Source: Octopus bimaculoides (Eukaryota). Taken from it: a DNA stretch of 64,000 nucleotides. Both the position numbers and the translations under genes were made by a program. The stretch spans positions 65,776,941 through 65,840,940 of the forward strand of contig NC_068981.1 of the NCBI RefSeq assembly GCF_001194135.2, written 5' to 3'. Under the pieces are notes generated by a model. It did no database searches and was not told the DNA's origin. It saw nothing but the letters and a program-made list of their open reading frames with translations. Shown here one piece after another: positions 55,650-64,000 of the stretch. Every line of letters begins with the position of its first letter. Position 1 is the stretch's first letter.

Positions 55650-57496
55650 GTATACGGTCATTGCCAGTAGTGGAAGTCATGGTGGAGGAAAAGCTATAAC
55701 GACCCCTCGTGGACAAGGAGCTGCTCAACAACCTTAATGACTGAGGTGGTAGAAGAATGAAGTGAGTAGTGTAAAGGCTGTTGACGGTACAGAAGTTGAA
55801 TGCAGAGGAAGTAGTGATGTGGTTATGGTGGTACAAGGAACAAGATTGAGGTTGTGTGCGATCATCATCGACCGCATGGTGGATGGAGTCCATGTGGTGA
55901 TGGACGCCATAGTCCGTTTGGGATGTGTTACGGTCAATGATGCCAGTGTAACATTCAGTGATGTGGGGGTGCTATGCGCTGGGAGTCTACAACAGGAGAG
56001 TGGTGAGAGCTGCGAAGAAAAATATGCTGCACATACCATTATAGACAAGGATTTTCAGGTGGTGTTCAACGGTCAGCAGTGGACAGTGGAATGGTACTGG
56101 AAGGGAGATCCGACGTTGAAAAATGCAGTAGGCTGCTATCAGCATACCCAGAAAAGGGATGCCAGAAGTATGACTACAATCACATCAACGTGGCAGAGCT
56201 GGATGCTGTGTTCAAGGGGCTGAACCTGGCCCTGAGGTGGGGGTTGCATACCATTGAAATCCAGACCAGTTTGGCCACTGTACTTAGATGGGTGGGATCA
56301 GTGGTCACTGGCGAGTGGAAGGTGCGAACCAAAGGGAGTGAGAAATACTGACAATGCTGTTTGGGAGTTCTGGGCAAGCTAGCAACCGAGTTTGACCTGA
56401 GGCTGAATGTGGTTTTTGTGCCCTCTGAGAAGAATAGAGTAGATGTCCTGACCAGAATAAAGAAAGCCTGGTTGCAGGTGCCGGAGGTTCTGAAGCAAGG
56501 AGTGGCTGCAATATGTCGACTGAGTGACTCGGAGCTGAGGAGACTGCATACCATACATCACATAGGGGTGGACAGGACCCTGTTCCTAGCCAGGAAAGTT
56601 GACTGACATGAACAGGCAGAGTGTGCAGAGAGTAGTTGGGAGCTGCAACAGGTGCTAGTCCATTGACCCCGCTCCGGGCATGCATGAGGCAGGAAGCATT
56701 CCAGTGGAACACAACTAGAAATGACGGCAGTAGACATGATGCACTACCGGCTGGGGACATACCTCTTGATGGTCGACTGTGGACTGGGGGAGTTGTCCAT
56801 ATAGAGGGAGATGAAGATGGGAACTGCAGAGGAAATCACAAGAATACTGAAATATTCCTAGAACGAGGTCCTGTGGATGAGCTGCTTGTGGACAATGGCA
56901 CTGCGTTTTGCTCAGAGCTGCTGGGGGAAATGCTTGACAAGTGGCATGTTAGCTGTTTCTTCAGGGCGGTATACCAGCCAAGTGGCAATGAAGTTGTGGA
57001 GAGGCATCATCGTACCATCAAGACCATAGCTGAGAGAGGCCACATCCCACCAGTCATAGCCGTTTTTTGGTATAATATGTTGCCCAGGTCGGGACAGACT
57101 AAGGAGTCAGTACCACACAGGGCAATATTCAAGTACAAGTGGAGATATCCATGTACAGCATCGCTGCAACCTGCAGAAGAGAAAGAGCATGCCTTTGTGC
57201 AGGTCGGGGAAGAAGTCTGGGTTAAACCCCCAAATGCATGGTGCACATCACAATGGGGAAAGGGGACAATAACCTCTGTAAATTCGAGGAACAATGTGTC
57301 CGTAGATGGCATGTCACATCATGTTTTGGATGTGCACAGGATCATGAATGCATCAGCGGATGGAGCCAACAGTAATGGACAAGAGGACAAAACCGGCAGC
57401 AATATGCCAGGGACTGAGGCCAGTCCTGAAGTCCCACAGCGGTTGCAGAAAGAGCAGTGCCCTCCTCACTGGTTGCCTGATTACAAGACAAGTTAA
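55650..57496 (+). pseudogene. pol remnant: protease-like, RNase H C-half, integrase (no RT)
   Basis: LPVVEVMV..LVD protease-like region; NHINVAELDAVFKGLNLALRWG RNase H-like; HHIG..C..C zinc motif; LLVDNGTAF and VERHHRTIK integrase catalytic motifs; several frameshifts. Confidence 0.85.
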
Positions 57497-57564
57497 AGCA
57501 TGTGATCAGGGTTGAGGAGAGGGTGTGGGCAGGTTGGTTGAATGATCTTCAGATCAGAGGTGCA

Positions 57565-57902
57565 TGTGGTGTTATGAGCCAGACTGTGTTATAGGGAAGG
57601 GCCGGAAGTGAGAGAGTACGCATGTCCTGTCAGAAGTGGGGCGTGTGGGTCCCACTGGAAGGACCACGGTGGGCATGCAGGGGTGGCAAGGTGCGAGCGG
57701 TCAGTTGGCAGTGGACAGTGTATGAGAGCAGACCTGTTAGATGGTACGGCGACAGACAGAGCATGTGGACGTTATGAGCAACCCCTTCCACATAGACAGT
57801 ATGGCAGCAGACAGAGCACGTGGACATTGTGAGTGACCCTTCCACATAGACAGGTAAGACTACCGTAATTCTCTCTCTGCTTCAGTCTTTTCCTCCTTCA
57901 CA
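57565..57902 (+). repeat. 3' LTR
   Basis: Same termini as the 5' LTR; carries an extra ~55-bp internal duplication and an 8-bp insertion; purine-rich tract upstream at ~57509-57525. Confidence 0.93.
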
Positions 57903-59149
57903 ATACACATTGGATTATTTACTCTTCGCCAAACCCATTTTATGGTGTAATTGAGAAACTTGGATTTTCTACATCTTTGGCCCGGAACTCGACAATGTTG
58001 ATGGCCCAGTATTCAGGTTGAGTGCTTCTTTGGAAATACGCTAACTTCACACCTGACTGGGCTTGAGAAGACCTGTCAAGTGGTGGTTGATGTCAGTGTC
58101 ATTTAACTGGCGCGTAAAAAACACCCATTACACTCTTGGAGTGGTTGGCGTTAGGAAGGGCATCCAGCCGCAGAAACCATTTCAAATCAGTCCTACAGCT
58201 TACCAGTTTCAGTCAAACTGTCTAACCCATGCCAGCATAGAAAGCAGATACTAAATGGTGATATATATATAACCTAAAAGGTCATTCTAGGTTTAAATGA
58301 TGACAGATTTTATTGCCATATCGTGTTTCACAACAGCCTCTGCTCTTTTCTACAATAAACAGACATGTCTCCTACCTAAATTATACCTCGAGTAAGACTA
58401 TCAAACGCCAAACTCCTTCAGTTTGATTTTAAAAACCTGTAGTCGTAACATCATGAATAAAGTTGCATGGATACATATACCCTGGATGAAATAATAATGT
58501 CTTAGGACATCTAAGCAGTAGAAACATGCGTCGGATTTAAAGTGAATGGAATGTATACAATACTGTGATAAACAAGCTTTTGAGGATGTATAATTATATT
58601 TTTAATGTCTTGTATGTGTACACACACACACTTTATATGTTTATCTATTTATGTCTATCAGGCAGACTAGCCGTTAAGCAAATTTCAAACAATTGCAGTG
58701 GAATAGTGTCAGTAACCAGACCATACTTGCATTCTGGAAATTTTGAAACTCCAAGAAGTACAAGTAAAGTGAATTGAACAGTTTTTATGTTTTTAAATGG
58801 CTAATATGGTTTTGCTACTACTTATAGTTGTGATTTATCTACTTATAGTTGTGATTTATCAAGTGAATATCAGCCAAAGTATCTAGTTTTGAATTAGGTG
58901 AATTTTACTTAAGGTTAAATTCTTGGTTGTCCAGTGTTTAATACATATAATTTCTATTTTCCAATTTTACATAAAAAAAATAAAAAAGGGGGGCTATGGC
59001 TGTGCAGTTAAATCTGTTTCTCAATTACATGGTTTCAGGTTCAGTTCCACTGCATTAACCTTGGGCCAACCCCAAAACCTTGTGAATGGATTTAGAAACT
59101 GAAAGAACCCCAATGTGTGTGTGGATGGGTGAGTACGTTGATAGGTAGG

Positions 59150-59184
<35 letters not shown>

Positions 59185-61440
59185 ATGCATGAAGGTGTAC
59201 GTTTGTGCTTATGGTGAAACGGTTCCCAAGTATAACCATGCTATTCTTTGATAGGGTACCAAGAAACACACCCTTCAATGTGTCCTTTTCCAGATTGTAT
59301 TGTGTAATTTAAGAGAGGTTTGGGTATTAATTGCAAGCTGGAGGCCCATGCTGAATTGAAGCAAGTTGAAAGCATTGAGTAAAAGGAATCAACCACAGTC
59401 AATTTCCACGTGGAATTGATCCCCTGTAAAGACAGTATAATTTTGAATCATTTGAGCACTATTAAGTCTTCTATACTAAGAATCTCTGGATATCATCAGT
59501 TGATTATATATGATTGTCAACTTCAGCACAATGCTATATAAGGTAACATATTCACACCACAACCCCCACCATCCCCATCCTCTCTTGTCACAAAACTTGT
59601 AGTACAGGATTTCCATCAGATCTTTTCACGTCATATACACTCCCACCGGCACCCTTCTGTACTGCTAGCATTCACCCCTTTTCTCTCAAGACACTCATGA
59701 TTAACACACACTTACTACCAAAGGTGTAGCTGCCAATTATTGTCTCCCCCCTATTAACCCCTGTCATTACTGTCTTTCTTCCATTATTCCTTCTAGCATT
59801 GTTTTGTTTCTTCTATTTCTCCTCCTCTATCACCTTCTCACCTGAATTCTATTTCCTGTGTCATACTTTTCTTGCTTCTTTCACTGACTCAGTTTAGTCT
59901 TGTCTCTTATACCACATAAGATACAGCTTCTATTCAGTTTTTCTCAGTTTATTTGTATTCCATCTTCCAGTTTATTTGTATTCCATCTTCCATGTAGAAC
60001 CTTACACATTCAGCAATGCATGCATACTTCAATTCTTTCACAGTTTTCATAAGTCTGCATCAAAGCCCTTCATTTCTCTATCATGCAGTATTATAGTTCA
60101 TACTCAGGTATAACTGAATATGCCTTTTACATAGAGAGTGAAACACTTAGTTACCAGCCAAGGCAATAGTCTCATTAACTTTTTCAATCCTGTTCTTGGA
60201 GCCATCCAAGCATTTAAGAGAATCTATTTCATGTGTACTCTGTATTGACAGCACCTGAATATCTGAAGTTTACATTCTCTGTTAGCTCGTCTTTGATCAC
60301 ACCACGTACTATGTGTCCATAATTTATTCTGAGTATATTATATGGAGTTTCTACTTTTCTGCATATAGAGCTTGGCTTGGCTCCCGATAGCAATAGAAAC
60401 CTACTTTTCTCGTACTTACCAAAACTCCTAGTTTTCTTAGCGAGCATGAAATTAAACCAAAAGTCTTCTCCAAGCCAAGTACTTCTGCAGTTTCACTAGG
60501 AAAACTGCATAAGTAGTACCTCTCTCTGATCAGTTGTGTTGTAACTCTTTTAGAAATTGTAAAATATGGTTAGGTTTATGTATATACATGTATAGATATA
60601 TGAATGGATATGTGAGTATATATGTGTATGCATTTATCCAACCACAAAGTCAAATTCACTGTTATGATGTGATTGTGGATTTGTAACTGATGCCACTTAA
60701 TTTGAAAAAAATTAGACATGTTAATTTTGTTTTTTATATATGGAAATGATTAAGCTTTTAGCTCACAAGTCAAAAATACATTCCATGCTTGTGGTTATGT
60801 AAGCTGGATATTTATTTTAAGCCTAGATAAAAAATTTTTAAATTAGTTTCCTGATTCATAAAATTTATGACTGACAGTCACATTAAGAGTAGTGGTGGGG
60901 TTAAAAAACATGATTATCGTCATGACTTTGACATTTCTAAATCAAAGTATATTGTGTATGAGAAAAAGGAAGACAATTTAGTTCACAGCAAATAAAACAA
61001 TGATATAAAAAATGTACTTTAGAGATAGTATTAAATGGACAATAAAAAGGTCACAGCATGAAAAGTTGAGAGTTTATGCACTGAGTTAGTTCAGAGTAAA
61101 AATGATGTAAACAGATGGTTTCAGGAAAAATGGTTTCAGGAAACTTAATGTCAGATAGGGAGGATTCTGGAAAAATTAATGTACTTCAAAAAAAAAACAG
61201 ACAAACTAAAAATGAAATAAAATTTTCATCTGAATGAAAAATAAAAAAAATTTTAAAATGTGCAGTGACAACCAGATAACGTTTACCAACTGGAAAGTAA
61301 ATTAAGCTTGGTAATCAGTTAGGAAATAAGGACATGCTAAGTTGGACTATTTGAAAGATCAGCAAATGCTTTATAAATATGAATTTCAAAAATCCATACA
61401 ATAAAAATAACACCAAGTCAGCATATAAGAGTTTATCACT

Positions 61441-61640
61441 TTAACCCTTTAGCATTCAGGTTACTAATGAAATGCAATTCTTATTCACATTGTTTTGAAT
61501 TAATCATGTGTTTATCATAGTTTCAGGATGCTGATGAAGTAATTGCATATTTTTGGAACAACATTGTAGGGTAAATGTAAGTGGCTGGATCTGGCCAGTT
61601 TGAACATAAAACAGTTTGAGCTGGATATGGCTAGTTTAAA
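61441..61640 (+). mobile_element. piggyBac-like MITE, right end missing
   Basis: Starts TTAA-ccctttagcatt; the matching right end (aatgctaaagggttta) is seen in a separate fragment at 45192-45241 that shares the ctggatatg..agtttaaa segment. Confidence 0.6.
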
Positions 61641-64000
61641 ATCAGTCAATATCATAGTTTGTTTCTCTTGTATGCACACAATTATACATAGGAGTGATTG
61701 AAAAATAAGCATGTAGGCATCTGAATAAAGTGGACAGAATCTCTTAGATTAACAACAATCATCAGATTGTGTAAGGTTTAAATTGCCGTGTGCATGTCCA
61801 ATGATAGTGAAGCCCAGTTATAAACTATTCAATCATATTGCCAATTCAATGCTAATGCATGTAATATACTATACACGCAATAACTTTAATGTATTGTTGA
61901 GGACATTTTCCTGGCATCCATACATCATATATGATGCACCTTCTCAATTTTTTCTTTTTCAATCAACACAATAATTTAGGAAAGGAAAGCTTTATATTAT
62001 GCAGAACATGAAATAAGGGCTAGCTAAAAGTCTGGAAGCGAGCATGGATAAGTTTAGGACAAATTAAGAAAATGCTTTGGACAGGTAAAGTGTTAATAAT
62101 ACTGAAAGTGTTAGGATTTAGAACAAACATCCACAAAACGTATATAAATTAATAAAACACATCAGGAAACACTGTGTTTTACAATATATATTCATATACC
62201 TACAGTCAAACAATAAGCTAGCATACTTAGTAAAACAGAAATGTTGGAATAAGCTGTTGCTCAAATTATGAAGACTACCTCACTAGAAGTCAAGTTATGC
62301 TAGAACACTAATACTGGATATTACTATACTTCAATGTCATATTTCAATATTTAATTGGGGAAGGAACATCCATGATGTAAAGTATATTATCAGCACGCAG
62401 TGTCTTCAATACAATTTCAATTTCCACCTGTGGCAAGTTCTCTAACACTGAAATGTTTTAACTATAATGTAAGAAAGGAGAAGGAAAAACAAAACCCATC
62501 TCAATTCATCTACTTGTACTCATTGTCAGTTTTTCTTAGTATTGCCATAGGCAAATTATTTAACATTTCCTGTGCAAAGCTGCTTAACTATATAAATACG
62601 TTTACTAGAAGTTGGTTTCAGCCCATCTAATTCAGTCATTCTGGGGAAAGAAGGTACTTTATCATAGTGTTTGAACTTGGAAAATTTAGTTATGCACCTT
62701 TACATCAAGTTCAAACCCTGAAGGAGTTGACTACATTTTAATTCTTCAAGACTGATAAAAATATCAGCAATATATTGGGGTTCAATTAAGTTGACTGTGT
62801 TCCTTGGAATACCCCATGTGGAGGTATGCCAAATCATTATTACAAAGGGTAGTGACTGGCAGAATCAGTAGAGTAACAGAACATTTTAAGATGGTTACTT
62901 AGAGATTTAAATTGACTGTATCCATCCCCCAAAGTTTATAACTTTATACCAAGCCAAAATGCCTTGTGGCATTTAGTTACATCTCTACTATCTTTACACA
63001 GGAGTGGGAAACAATAAAATATTAATCAAATACTGAAGTCACTTTAACTGACTATGCTTTGTGATGTTGCAGGAAATTCAAGAGTTTTCAACTGATAAAA
63101 ATAGTCAACAGACTTCATGAGGTTAATGTAAGTTTTAACAATTAGCTTTCATGCAAGAGAGAGTGTAAACAGGAAATTAATACTGTATAAGCAAATAATA
63201 AAGTCCACTCCCAACAATAACTTAGTTCTATATAAAGTAACATTGCAACACATTTCAGAGAAGACTAAATACTCTAAACATTTTTAATAACATCATAGAA
63301 ACAAATATATAAAATTAAAAAAATGCACTGTAACGTACTGTTTTTGTAAATGATTTAAAGTACCAGTAAATCAAATGTCAATACTACACATGATCACACA
63401 TGCACACGTTAGGTGTTTTGCAAGTTTAGAAGATAAATAAAATGAAAGCAATACAAAGGTTTTCTTCTGACAAGTTATAACAAGCAGACTTTGAAGTGAA
63501 GCAATGGAGGTTTCAACTTCTGAACAGAAGAAACAAAAAAATTCAATCCTGACGCTTATAATATCAACTGTCCATAACATAAATACTTAATTCTCATTTC
63601 AATAGTCTTAAGTGAAGGAGAGATATAAATACTTGTAGAGAATTATTTTCCAATATAGAGTGTGGAATTAAGTCTCCCACCTAGGAGATACAATGAAGTT
63701 CCAGTACTGAGTATGGACTTACAAACTTAACAGCTCAACTGTTTCCTCTTCCTTTACAAGATGAAAATAATTTGTTTTTGTATTGCATGGTTCATGAGGG
63801 ATGAGTATACAGGAAGACTCTTTCCATGGCCTCCAAGTCTAATAGAAGAGATGATGCTAACATCAAACTGGGAATCCAGTCCAAATGCTGAAAACAGAGT
63901 GGACTCTACTAAAGACACTTAAGGTCCAGCTGTTAATCTGGGTGATGGATTAAATCTAACATCAAAGTAGGCCATGGTAGAATTTGAACTTGGAAGTCAA

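Larger units (their letters stand above)
54609..57902 (+). mobile_element. Gypsy/Ty3-type LTR retrotransposon, degenerate and internally deleted
   Basis: Paired TG..CA LTRs (54609-54883, 57565-57902), near-TSD attc/atac, gag with two zinc knuckles, protease-like, RNase H C-half and integrase segments in Gypsy order. Confidence 0.93.

Noticed and set aside
55609-57312. Several long minus-strand ORFs within the LTR element
   Set aside because: Antisense shadows of the GC-richer gag/pol remnant
60229-60447. 72-aa minus-strand ORF MLAKKTRSFG..
   Set aside because: No recognisable homology; it reads through a consensus donor site, so it is unlikely to be a single-exon gene
61685-61712. MLIFQSLL + T|gtataa as the prosaposin start exon (similarly MYICCVFLF + A|gtatta near 51880)
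   Set aside because: Phase fits, but the donors are weak and the signal peptides marginal; indistinguishable from chance

Overview
AT-rich, repeat-dense eukaryotic genomic DNA with five assembly gaps; the repeat families look like those of an octopus-type cephalopod (inference from pattern recognition). The window is dominated by one minus-strand, multi-exon prosaposin-like gene. I could hand-splice 25 coding exons (50007 down to 2066) with GT-AG boundaries and consistent phases into one open frame of 800 codons plus stop. It encodes an N-terminal SapA domain, seven six-cysteine SapB domains, an apparent half-domain (C-x11-C hairpin) between SapB6 and SapB7, and no C-terminal SapA. The signal-peptide/start exon was not located. 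Introns and flanks contain an internally deleted, RT-less Gypsy-type LTR element (54609-57902), a decayed Tc1-type transposon with 36-residue D-D/E spacing, mariner, RTE-LINE, Helitron and Gypsy-gag fragments, several MITEs, at least four SINE-like families and many microsatellites. Most ORFs in the supplied track are spurious. I found no CRISPR, rRNA or functional tRNA and no clearly new biological system. The most notable observations are the saposin domain architecture, a perfect fold-back hairpin at a nested SINE junction, the RT-less LTR element and the DD36-type transposase.
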